Source of the DNA: Myxococcales bacterium
GTDB lineage: Bacteria > Myxococcota_A > UBA9042 > JABWCM01 > BTVJ01
Assembly: GCA_045863395.1 (NCBI GenBank)
Contig: BTVJ01000003.1
Span: 32,001 to 96,000 of the forward strand
Direction of reading: 5' to 3'
Length of the DNA stretch: 64,000 bases
Numbering within the stretch: position 1 is the first letter of the stretch; each line of letters begins with the position of its first letter. Position numbers and translations under genes: made by a program. The notes below the pieces were generated by a model. The model saw nothing but the letters and a program-made list of their open reading frames with translations. It made no database searches and was not told the origin of the DNA. Positions 31,460 to 39,991 of the stretch are shown here, one piece after another.

Positions 31460-32815
31460 TCAGAGATCCGTGTCCCCCTCCATCTCCCGGATCTTCCGGT
31501 ACAGGTTGCGCTCGCTGACGCCCAGGATGCGCGCCGCTTCGCCCCGATGCCCGTCCGTGGCGCGCAGGACGCGCTCGATGTGGGCGCGCTCGAGCTCCCT
31601 CAGGGACACCAGGGGAGCAGCGTCGTCGCTCATCGGTGGCGCAGGCCTCGTGACGCTGATCGGCAGGTGCTCGGGCAGGATCTCGTCGCGGTCGCAGACG
31701 ATCATCGCGGCCTCGATGACATGGTTCAGCTCGCGCACGTTGCCGGGCCAGCCGTGGCGCAGCAGGGCGCGAAGGGTGGCGGCCCCCAGGGTGCGCTGGA
31801 CCCCGAAGCGCCGGTTGAACAACCCCACGAAGTGCCGCGCCAGGGCCTCGACGTCCTCCGGGCGCTCCCGGAGCGGCGGCACCTCGATGCGCAGGGTGCT
31901 GATGCGGTAGAACAGGTCCTCGCGGAACAGCCCCTTGCGCACCAGCGCCGCCATGTCGCGGTTGGTCGCCGCCAGCACCCGCACGTCGACCTTGAGGTCC
32001 GTCGTGCCCCCGACCCGGCGGAAGGTGGAGGTGTCGAGGACCCGCAGGAGCTTCACCTGCGTGGCGGCGTTCACCTCGCCGATCTCGTCGAGGAAGATGG
32101 TCCCGCCGTTGGCCACCTCGAAGAGGCCGGGCTTGGCGGCGGTGGCCCCCGTGAAGGCGCCGCGCTCGTGGCCGAACAGCTCGCTCAGCAGCAGCTCGTC
32201 CTGGAGCGCCGCGCACTCCACCACCACGAAGGGCCGCCCACGGCGCGGGCTCTTGGCGTGGATGAGCTTGGCCATCACCTCCTTGCCGGCGCCGGTCTCG
32301 CCCGTGATGAGCACGGTGGAGCGCTGCGGCGCCACCCGGGCTGCCAGGTCGACGACCGCGCGGAAGGCGGGGCTCGCGCCGACGAAGCTCTCGCTCGGGT
32401 CGAGGGGGGCGAGGCCGCGCTCCAGGATCACGTTGCGGTCCCGCAGCTTCTGGCACTCCAGGGCGCGCTCGATGCGCAGCTCCAGGTCGTCGGTGGGGCA
32501 CGGCTTGCCCACATAGTCGAAGGCACCGAGCCGCACGGCGCGGATCGCGGTGTCGATGGTCCCGTGCCCCGTCAGCATGATCACGGAGGCGTCGGGGCAG
32601 AGTCGGCGCAGCTCCTCGAGGACCGCCAGGCCGTCCATGTCGGGCAGGCGCAGGTCCAGGAGCACCACCTGGGGCAAGGTCGCGGCCAGGCGGATCGCCG
32701 CCCGGCCATCGGCCGCGGGGGTCACCTGGTAGCCGCGGGCGCCGAGCTCCGCCGCGAGCACGATGCGAAACGCATCGTCGTCATCCACCAGGAGAATCGA
32801 CGGGAGCTCAGGCAT
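31460..32815 (-). CDS. NtrC-family sigma54-dependent response regulator
   Basis: Receiver ILLVDDD...LLDLRLPDMDG...LTGHG; GETGAGKE, GAFTGA, FLDEIGE, WPGNVREL; Fis HTH. Overlaps the kinase stop codon. Confidence 0.95.
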   Translation of the reverse strand: MPELPSILLVDDDDAFRIVLAAELGARGYQVTPAADGRAAIRLAATLPQVVLLDLRLPDMDGLAVLEELRRLCPDASVIMLTGHGTIDTAIRAVRLGAFDYVGKPCPTDDLELRIERALECQKLRDRNVILERGLAPLDPSESFVGASPAFRAVVDLAARVAPQRSTVLITGETGAGKEVMAKLIHAKSPRRGRPFVVVECAALQDELLLSELFGHERGAFTGATAAKPGLFEVANGGTIFLDEIGEVNAATQVKLLRVLDTSTFRRVGGTTDLKVDVRVLAATNRDMAALVRKGLFREDLFYRISTLRIEVPPLRERPEDVEALARHFVGLFNRRFGVQRTLGAATLRALLRHGWPGNVRELNHVIEAAMIVCDRDEILPEHLPISVTRPAPPMSDDAAPLVSLRELERAHIERVLRATDGHRGEAARILGVSERNLYRKIREMEGDTDL

Positions 32816-34670
32816 GGGCGTCCTCCTGGTGGGCCACGAAGCGAGCCGGGAAGCAGAGGTGGAAGGTGGCGCCCCCGTCACCGTTCGCGAGGCGCAGGTC
32901 GCCTCCCCACCCTTGGGCAAAGTCTCGCGACAGGAAGAGGCCGAGGCCCGTGCCCCCCTCGCGCCCGCTGAAGAACGGGTCGAAGATGCGGGCGCGGTCG
33001 GTGGGGCGGACCCCGCAGCCCGTGTCCTGCACGACGACGCGCACCTCCTGGTCCACCTCGATGGACACGGCGACGCGGCCCCCCCGCGGGCACGCCTGGA
33101 TGGCGTTGATGAGCAGATTCATGAGCACCTGCTGGACGTGCGACTCGCTCGCCCGCACGGTGACTGGGGTCTCGGGGTGGGCAGCGACCAGCTCCACCCC
33201 CCGCTCCGCGGCGGTCGGCGCGATCAGGCGCTGCGCGGAGGTGATCGCCTCGCCCAGCTCCAGCGCGTCCTCCGTCGAACCGCGGCCGCCGCGGGCCAGC
33301 CGCAAGAACTGCTGCGTGATGCCACGGCACCGGAGCACCTGCTCACGGGCGATCCCGGCCACCTGCAGGAGGCGCTCTGGAGATGTCTCACCACGCTCGG
33401 CGCAGCGCACCACGCTGTCGAGGCACACGAGGATGGTCCCGAGCGGCGTGTTCAGCTCGTGGGAGAAGCCCGACGCCAGCATCCCGAGCGCCGCCAGGCG
33501 CTGGGACTCGATCATGCGCGCCTCCGTGGTGCGGCGCGTGGTGATGTCGCGCCACACCTCCACCACATAGAGGGGGTGGCCCTGCGCGTCCCGGATGGTG
33601 GACGCGCGCACCTCCTCGTAGCGCCGCTGCTCGTCTTCGCCGTGGAGCGCGACGATGTTGGTGTGGGAGGTTCCTGCGGCGAGACACAGCACGGCGGGGC
33701 AGCTCTCGTGCTGGCAGACGTCCCCCGTGAGGCTGCGGCAGGGCGCCCCGACGGCCGCCTCCCTGCGCTGCCCGATTCGCCGCAGGAACGAGTCGTTGGC
33801 CGCGACGACGCGAAAGTCGGGGCTCAGCACGACGATGCCGTCGTCGATGCCGTTGATCACCGCCTCGAGCTGCTCCCGCTGCTCCCGGACACCCCGCAGG
33901 AGCGTGGTCACGGAGTCGGCCATGGTGTTGAACTCGCGGGCGAGCCAGCTCAGGGTGTCGTTGCCGTTGACCGGGATGCGGCGGTCGAACTCACCGGCGG
34001 CGATCTGCCGCGCGGTCGTTTCGAAGCGCTGGAGGCGCCGCAGCACCACCAGCCGGACGATGAACCCGACGCCCCCGAGGATCACCAGGGCGAGCACCGC
34101 CGTCCCAGCCACCATCCACCCGAGATCCGCGTCGATGCCCGCGCGGATTCGCCCCGCGTCGATGTCCACGACGAGGATGCCGTTGACCGCGTGGTCGGGG
34201 GAGTGGCAGCCGTGGCAGGCCACCTCGTTGCGGATAGGGGTGACGGTCCTTAGAACCTGCCCGCCGTGGGCCTCGATGACGCGGCTCGTGTCACGCTCGC
34301 CGGCCGGCCGGTCGTGGCAGGCGCGGCACGTGGGGGACGTGGGCGCCAGCTCCTGATCCCGCGTGGGCGGGTGGCTGCTGAAGCCAACCTGGCCGTGGCG
34401 GTCGAGGATCATCACGCCGTCGATGGAAGGGTCGCTCGCGAAGCGCTGGATCATGTGCGCCAGCAGGCTCCGGTCGTTCTCCGCCATCTGATGTTCCAGA
34501 GCGATGCGGATCATCTCCGACTGGGAGGTTGCGGTGCGCCTCGCGGCCTCCAGCAGCCGCTCGTAGTGGTGGGATGCGTACAGAGCGGCGCCCACGGACG
34601 TCGCGGCGACCACGATGACCACGACGCCGATGGTCCCGAGGACCATGGTGTTCCGAAGGCGCGCCCTCAT
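32808..34670 (-). CDS. Sensor histidine kinase with periplasmic diheme c-type domain, HAMP and Cys-rich PAS domain
   Basis: Two TM segments flanking CRACH (34314-34328) and CHGCH (34203-34217); HAMP; PAS with four Cys; H-box GFSHELNTPL; N/G boxes NLLINA, DTGCG, GTGLGL. Confidence 0.92.
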   Translation of the reverse strand: MRARLRNTMVLGTIGVVVIVVAATSVGAALYASHHYERLLEAARRTATSQSEMIRIALEHQMAENDRSLLAHMIQRFASDPSIDGVMILDRHGQVGFSSHPPTRDQELAPTSPTCRACHDRPAGERDTSRVIEAHGGQVLRTVTPIRNEVACHGCHSPDHAVNGILVVDIDAGRIRAGIDADLGWMVAGTAVLALVILGGVGFIVRLVVLRRLQRFETTARQIAAGEFDRRIPVNGNDTLSWLAREFNTMADSVTTLLRGVREQREQLEAVINGIDDGIVVLSPDFRVVAANDSFLRRIGQRREAAVGAPCRSLTGDVCQHESCPAVLCLAAGTSHTNIVALHGEDEQRRYEEVRASTIRDAQGHPLYVVEVWRDITTRRTTEARMIESQRLAALGMLASGFSHELNTPLGTILVCLDSVVRCAERGETSPERLLQVAGIAREQVLRCRGITQQFLRLARGGRGSTEDALELGEAITSAQRLIAPTAAERGVELVAAHPETPVTVRASESHVQQVLMNLLINAIQACPRGGRVAVSIEVDQEVRVVVQDTGCGVRPTDRARIFDPFFSGREGGTGLGLFLSRDFAQGWGGDLRLANGDGGATFHLCFPARFVAHQEDAHA

Positions 34671-34790
34671 GCTGGATCTCCCGGGTCGGGTTGCACCCTC
34701 CTGCGCCAGATGCAAGGCCCGATCCAGACAACGATATCCAGTATTGCCGTCCTGGGCCGCCCCAGTCAATCGAAGAGTAAGGGTGCCCGG

Positions 34791-34829
34791 CCTGACACCC
34801 TGTCAGGCGTGTCCTGACAGGATGTCAGG
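34791..34829. promoter_or_regulatory. Two tandem palindromes CCTGACA-N3-TGTCAGG; putative enhancer (UAS) for the adjacent sigma54 activator
   Basis: cctgacaCCCtgtcagg (34791-34807) and cctgacaGGAtgtcagg (34813-34829), centres 22 bp apart, ~90-125 bp upstream of a -24/-12 element. Confidence 0.8.
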
Positions 34830-34914
34830 TGGCAGTGCACGTGGGGCGGCTGCCGGGGGAGGGGAGAGCGTGCGAAGGGCTGATATTTCGGGCGCTTCAT
34901 CGCGATTCGTCCCG

Positions 34915-34932
34915 TTGGCGCGAACCGTGCAA
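34915..34932 (+). promoter_or_regulatory. sigma54 (-24/-12) promoter
   Basis: tTGGCGCGaaccGTGCAa with GG(34917-18)-N10-GC(34929-30); close to consensus TGGCACG-N4-TTGC; 40 bp upstream of ATG 34972. Confidence 0.85.
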
Positions 34933-34971
34933 ATGACGCCTTCCAGCAACTCAAACCGACAGGAGTCACCC

Positions 34972-35289
34972 ATGCTGCTCACCATCGCAATCGTCGGAGC
35001 CGCGGTCCTGCTGGTGACGGTCGGCATCGCTGCCGCCGCCCATGATCCCCACCCGCTGGACGCCCAGAGAGCGCAGCCGCGTGCGCCTCACGTCCTCGAT
35101 CAGACGGGGCCCTCGCGGTTCTTCGTGGACCAGCCGGTCCAGGCCACGGAGGTGGACGTCCCTGTTGCGCTGCTGCTCGCGCGCCTGGAGCAGCACATCC
35201 GCTACGAGGAGGCGGCGGTCGAGGCGTTCCTCCACACCCCCGAGAGGGAGACCCTGTACAGCGAGACCAGCTCGAACTGGGTGAACTGA
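34972..35289 (+). CDS. Small membrane-anchored hypothetical protein (105 aa), first gene of the sigma54 operon
   Basis: AGGAG RBS; N-terminal hydrophobic helix MLLTIAIVGAAVLLVTVGIAAAA; stop lies 1 nt before the next ATG. Confidence 0.75.
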   Translation: MLLTIAIVGAAVLLVTVGIAAAAHDPHPLDAQRAQPRAPHVLDQTGPSRFFVDQPVQATEVDVPVALLLARLEQHIRYEEAAVEAFLHTPERETLYSETSSNWVN

Positions 35290-35290
35290 G

Positions 35291-36313
35291 ATGGCGCCCG
35301 AGCTGCAGAGCTGGGAGCTCCTCGGGGGGCTCGACGCGGCGGCGGCCGAGCGGGTGCGCGCCCTCGGGGAGCGCATCAAGATCCCGAGCGGTCAGGTCCT
35401 CTTCTCTCTCGGAGAGGCCGCTGACCGCCTCTATGTGGTGGAGTCGGGGCGCATAGGCCTCTTCATGCCTCTGAGCGTCCGGGGCGAGGAGCAGACGCTC
35501 CTGGTGGGAGAGCTCTCCCGCAACCAGCTCGTCGGGTGGTCGGGGCTCGTGGCTCCCTACCGCTTCACCCTCGGTGCTCGCGCCCTGGTGGACAGCGAGG
35601 TGGTCGCGCTGGCGCGATCACGCATCGCGGAGCTGGTCGCTCACGAGCCTGGGACGGGTGTCACCCTCATGGGGAACCTGGCTGCCATCGTGGCGCGGCG
35701 CCTCCAGAAGGTGCACGCCATGTGGGTGCGCGAGGTGCAGCGCTCGGTGGACTCCCGGTTCGGCGCGGTGGGGCTCCTTGCGTTCTTCCTGACGCTGGGG
35801 CTGCAAGGCGCCTGCGGCGAGGGCGGGCACGAGGGCCGGATCCCCCCGGCGGCCTTGGAGGCGGAGGCCGTGACGGCGCCCGCCTTCGACCCGGACCACC
35901 TGGAGGTCCCCCCGCCCCCTTTCTCGGAGGGCGTCTTCCCGTGCATGGACTGCCATGAGGATCAGGAGACCAACCGCACGCGGAGGACGCTGACCGAGGA
36001 GCACACCAACATCGTGCTGACCCATGACGAGGAGCACCGGTGGTGTCTCGACTGCCACGACGCGGACGACCGGGACAAGCTGCACCTGGCGAGCGGCGAG
36101 CTGGTCGGCTTCGACGAGTCCTATCGCCTCTGCGGGCAGTGTCACGGGGACAAGTACCGGGATTGGAGGGCCGGGGTCCACGGCCGTCGAACCGGATACT
36201 GGAATGGAGCCAAGAAGTACCTGCTCTGCGCCCACTGTCACGACCCGCACTCGCCGCGCTTCAAGCCGATCCCGCCGAAGCCGGCTCCTCACCGGCCCCT
36301 GGCGATCCTCTGA
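35291..36313 (+). CDS. Cyclic-nucleotide-binding-like domain fused to a tetraheme cytochrome c via a hydrophobic segment
   Basis: N-terminal LFSLGEAADRLYVVESGRI...LVGWSGL (cNMP fold); AVGLLAFFLTLGLQGAC; CMDCH, CLDCH, CGQCH, CAHCH. Confidence 0.85.
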   Translation: MAPELQSWELLGGLDAAAAERVRALGERIKIPSGQVLFSLGEAADRLYVVESGRIGLFMPLSVRGEEQTLLVGELSRNQLVGWSGLVAPYRFTLGARALVDSEVVALARSRIAELVAHEPGTGVTLMGNLAAIVARRLQKVHAMWVREVQRSVDSRFGAVGLLAFFLTLGLQGACGEGGHEGRIPPAALEAEAVTAPAFDPDHLEVPPPPFSEGVFPCMDCHEDQETNRTRRTLTEEHTNIVLTHDEEHRWCLDCHDADDRDKLHLASGELVGFDESYRLCGQCHGDKYRDWRAGVHGRRTGYWNGAKKYLLCAHCHDPHSPRFKPIPPKPAPHRPLAIL

Positions 36314-36329
36314 CCCGGGAGACTCCACG

Positions 36330-37226
36330 ATGAAGCCCCTAGAGACACCCGTGCCTGCACCAACGGCCAAGGTCGGGCGGCGCAAGTTCTTCGCCGACGT
36401 GGCGCAGGCCGCGGCCGCCGGGTTCCTCCTCACCTCGTGCGGGCCGCGGCGCCTCCACGAGCTGCCCAAGGACGCGCTCATGGCGCGCATCGCCGAGCTG
36501 GAGCGTGAGGCGCGTGACGCGGTGGGGACCGAGGTGCGCATCGGTAGCGAGGGCGCCATGCCCGGCGTGCGTTTCGCCTACGCCCTCGACCTGTCCCGCT
36601 GCGTGGGCTGCCGCCGCTGCGTCTACGCCTGTGCGGAGGAGAACAATCTGTCTCGCGATCCCCAGATTCACTGGATCCGTGTCGCCCAGATGGAGAAGGA
36701 GCGCGGCGTCGACTTCTCCCACGCCAACTTCTACTACGAGCCGGAGACCGTCCCCGAGAAGGACCACGTCTACGTGCCCGTCGCCTGCCAGCAGTGCCGG
36801 AAGCCGCCCTGCGTCAAGGTGTGCCCCGTCGGCGCCACGTGGAAGGAGCCCGACGGCATCGTGGTCGTGGACTACGACTGGTGCATCGGCTGCCGTTACT
36901 GCATGGCGGCCTGCCCCTACGGGGCGCGGCACTTCAACTGGAGGGCGCCCAAGCTGGAGACCGCGGACGTCAACCCGGAGACGCACCTCTACGGAAACCG
37001 CCCCCGGCCCAAGGGCGTCGTGGAGAAGTGCACCTTCTGCATCCAGCGCACCCGCAAGGGGCGCTACCCGGCGTGCGTCGAGGTCTGTCCGGCGGGCGCC
37101 CGCAAGTTCGGCAACATCCTCGACCCGGGCAGCGAGATTCGCCACATCATCGAGCACAAGAAGATCCTGGTCCTGAAAGAGGAGCTCGATACTCTCCCAA
37201 GCTTCTATTACTTCTACGGAGCGTGA
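36330..37226 (+). CDS. Tat-exported 4Fe-4S dicluster-type protein (DsrO/NrfC family)
   Basis: GRRKFF twin-arginine motif plus LTSC lipobox-like site; CVGCRRCVYAC, CQQCRKPPCVKVCP, CIGCRYCMAACP, CTFC...ACVEVCP. Confidence 0.92.
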   Translation: MKPLETPVPAPTAKVGRRKFFADVAQAAAAGFLLTSCGPRRLHELPKDALMARIAELEREARDAVGTEVRIGSEGAMPGVRFAYALDLSRCVGCRRCVYACAEENNLSRDPQIHWIRVAQMEKERGVDFSHANFYYEPETVPEKDHVYVPVACQQCRKPPCVKVCPVGATWKEPDGIVVVDYDWCIGCRYCMAACPYGARHFNWRAPKLETADVNPETHLYGNRPRPKGVVEKCTFCIQRTRKGRYPACVEVCPAGARKFGNILDPGSEIRHIIEHKKILVLKEELDTLPSFYYFYGA

Positions 37227-37235
37227 GGTGCCCCC

Positions 37236-38498
37236 GTGTGGACTCTGCAGATGTTTGGCCGGTTCGTCTGGGGCAGCGCCCAGCGTGTCCTGAGCGGAAA
37301 CGCCCTCTACTGGGGGTGGATGCTGCTGCTCATGGCTCTGATCGTCCAGGGAATCTTCGCTTACGCGACCCAGGTGGAGACCGGCCTCGCCGTGACCGCC
37401 ATGCGGGACCAGGTGAGCTGGGGATTCTACATCGGGACGTTCACCTTCCTGGTGGGTGTCGCCGCGGCGGCGGTCGTTCTGGTGATTCCCGCGTATGTCT
37501 ACGACTGGAAGCCCATCCGTGAGATCGTGATCATCGGTGAGCTGCTCGCCGTCAGCTCCATCGTGATGTGTCTCCTCTTCGTGTTCGTGGACATCGGGCG
37601 CCCGGACAGGGCGTGGCACCTCATGCCGCCCTTCGGCGAGCTGAACTTCCCGAGCTCGCTGCTCGCCTGGGACGTCATGGTGCTCAACGCCTACTTCCTC
37701 GTGAACTTCGCGGTGGTCACGCACCTGCTCTACCGGGCGTTCACCGGGCGCCCCTACTCCAAGAGGTTCGTGGTGCCGCTGGTGCTGCTGTCGATCCCCA
37801 TGGCGATCGGCATCCACACGGTGACCGCCTTCCTCTACAACGGCCTGGCGGCACGCCCGTACTGGAATGCGTCGATCCTGGCCCCCCAGTTCCTCGCGTC
37901 CGCCTTCTCGTCGGGGCCGGCCATCCTGATCATCGTGCTGCAGCTCCTCCGCCGCTTCACGCGCTTCGAGATTCGCAACGAGGCGATCTGGAAGATCGCG
38001 GAGCTCATGGCCTACGCCATGTTCCTCAACCTGTTCTTCCACGGCGCGGAGGTCTTCAAGGAGTACTACTCCGACACCCACCACGTGCTCTACACCAAGT
38101 ACTTCTACCAGGGCATCGGAGAGCACCAGACGATGGTCCCCTATGCCTGGACCGCGGTGGGCCTCAACCTCGGCGCCTTCCTGCTGTTCATCATCCCAGC
38201 GGCCCGCAAGCGCTGGCTCACCCTGAACCTCGGCTGCCTCGCAATCTATGCCGGGGTCTTCATCGACAAGGGCATGGGCCTGATCATCCCGGGCCTGACC
38301 CCAGACACCCTCGGGGAGATCTACGAGTACGCCCCCTCCCTCGCCGAGCTGCGGGTGAGCGCTGGCATCTTCGCGGTCGGCTTCCTGCTCTTCACGTCGA
38401 TGCTGAAGGTCGCCGTACCGATCGCCCTCGGCGAGTTCGTGGTCTCGCCGCGCCCCGAGGCGAAGAAGCCGTCCGTGGTCGGAGGTGTGCCCGCATAG
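37236..38498 (+). CDS. NrfD/PsrC/DsrP-family integral membrane quinone-interacting subunit
   Basis: About 10 TM helices; MRDQVSWGFYI, FVDIGRPDR, SSLLAWD, HTVTAFLY, RPYWN motifs. Confidence 0.92.
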   Translation: MWTLQMFGRFVWGSAQRVLSGNALYWGWMLLLMALIVQGIFAYATQVETGLAVTAMRDQVSWGFYIGTFTFLVGVAAAAVVLVIPAYVYDWKPIREIVIIGELLAVSSIVMCLLFVFVDIGRPDRAWHLMPPFGELNFPSSLLAWDVMVLNAYFLVNFAVVTHLLYRAFTGRPYSKRFVVPLVLLSIPMAIGIHTVTAFLYNGLAARPYWNASILAPQFLASAFSSGPAILIIVLQLLRRFTRFEIRNEAIWKIAELMAYAMFLNLFFHGAEVFKEYYSDTHHVLYTKYFYQGIGEHQTMVPYAWTAVGLNLGAFLLFIIPAARKRWLTLNLGCLAIYAGVFIDKGMGLIIPGLTPDTLGEIYEYAPSLAELRVSAGIFAVGFLLFTSMLKVAVPIALGEFVVSPRPEAKKPSVVGGVPA

Positions 38499-38510
38499 TG
38501 GGGGTCAAGT

Positions 38511-39929
38511 CTACTCAGTTCTCATATCCCCCATGTCGGCGATGACGTGGGCGACGCAGGCGGAGAGGGCCTTCGCCATGGGGAGGTGGAGGAACTCGTT
38601 GGGGCCGTGGGCGTTGGACTTGGGGCCGAGGACGCCGGTGATCAGAAACTGGGCCTGCGGGAAGCGCTGGCCGAGCATCGCCATAAAGGGGATGGACCCC
38701 CCCTCGCCCACAGCGGCGGGCTCCTTGCCAAAGAAGGCCTCGCTGGCCTCTCGGATCGACGTGTCGAGCCACTCGGCGGTGACCGGCGCGTGCCAGCCCC
38801 AGGCGCCGTCCTCCGGGTGGAACCGCACCCGCGCTCCGTAGGGCGGATCCGCCTCCAGGACCTCACGGACGGCCTCTGCGCCTGCGGCCGGGTCCACGCC
38901 CGGCGGGATGCGGATGGACAGCTTCAGCGCGGTGTACGGCCGGAGCACGCTGCCGGCCTTGCCGACTGGCGGCACCCCGTCCACGCCGACCACCGACAGG
39001 GTCGGTCGCCACGTGCGGTTCAGGATCAGCGTCGCCGGGTCATCCGACATGGCCCGCATGCCCTCGACGAAGGGGTATTTGGCCTCCACGTGCCCGAGCA
39101 CCCGCGCCGCCTCGTCTGCCTGCTCCACGCGAACAGGCGGAATCTCCGTCCTCAGGGCAGGGACGAGCAGCTCACCGCTATCCGGGTCCTCCAGGCGGTC
39201 AAGGACGCGCCGTAGCACGCGGAAGCTCGATGGGACGATGCCGCTCGCATCGCCGGAGTGGAAGCCCTCGGTCAGGACGTCCACCCGCAGGGTCCCCACC
39301 ACGAGGCCGCGCAGCGACGTGGTCATCCACAGGCGCTCATAGTCGCCGCAGCCGCTGTCGAGGCAGATCACCAGGTCCGGCGTGCCGATCCGATCGGCGG
39401 CAGCGTCGATGTAGGCCGGCAGGTCCGGGGACCCACTCTCTTCGCTGCACTCGATGAGGGCGACCAGGCGGGGAGTCGGGGCCCCTTGCCGCTGCAGGGA
39501 CTGCACGGCGGCGCCGATGGCGAACACCGCGTAGCCGTCGTCGGCGCCGCCGCGCCCATACAGCCGATCACCGCGCCGCACGGGCGTCCACGGTCCGAGG
39601 CCCTCCTCGGTGAGCCACCCGTCGAAGGGCGGCTGCTTGTCCAGGTGTCCGTACAACATGACGGTGCCCGGTGTCGTACCCTCCACCTCGATCAGGAGCA
39701 GCGGGGTGCGGCCCGGCAGGCGCAGCACGTCCACGGAGGCCCCAGCGAGGCCGAGCCCCTCGACCCAAGCCCGAGCCAGCTCGACGGCCTTGTCCATGTG
39801 GCCGTGCTGCGCCCACTCGGGATCGAACAGCGGGCTCTCGTTGGGGATGCGGATGTACTCGGTGAGCGCCGGGATGATCGACGTCTCCCAGAGGTGCTCG
39901 ACGATGCTGCGTGTGGTGGTGGTGTTCAT
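38511..39929 (-). CDS. M20/M25/M40 family metallopeptidase (dipeptidase-like)
   Basis: YGHLDKQP, LYGRGGADDGY, IECSEESGS, HSG, GGSIPF, SNAHGPNEFLH; start at MNTTTT. Confidence 0.93.
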   Translation of the reverse strand: MNTTTTRSIVEHLWETSIIPALTEYIRIPNESPLFDPEWAQHGHMDKAVELARAWVEGLGLAGASVDVLRLPGRTPLLLIEVEGTTPGTVMLYGHLDKQPPFDGWLTEEGLGPWTPVRRGDRLYGRGGADDGYAVFAIGAAVQSLQRQGAPTPRLVALIECSEESGSPDLPAYIDAAADRIGTPDLVICLDSGCGDYERLWMTTSLRGLVVGTLRVDVLTEGFHSGDASGIVPSSFRVLRRVLDRLEDPDSGELLVPALRTEIPPVRVEQADEAARVLGHVEAKYPFVEGMRAMSDDPATLILNRTWRPTLSVVGVDGVPPVGKAGSVLRPYTALKLSIRIPPGVDPAAGAEAVREVLEADPPYGARVRFHPEDGAWGWHAPVTAEWLDTSIREASEAFFGKEPAAVGEGGSIPFMAMLGQRFPQAQFLITGVLGPKSNAHGPNEFLHLPMAKALSACVAHVIADMGDMRTE

Positions 39930-39991
39930 GGCCGCGACTTTACCGTCACCGCTCGGTCCCTGCAATGCCGCGAGCAGCTCACGCGCCGGCG

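Noticed and set aside
35291..38498. Calling the operon dsrJOP or nrfBCD
   Set aside because: No dsrMK/dsrAB or nrfA nearby, and the cytochrome has four hemes plus a cNMP-like domain; only family-level calls are justified.
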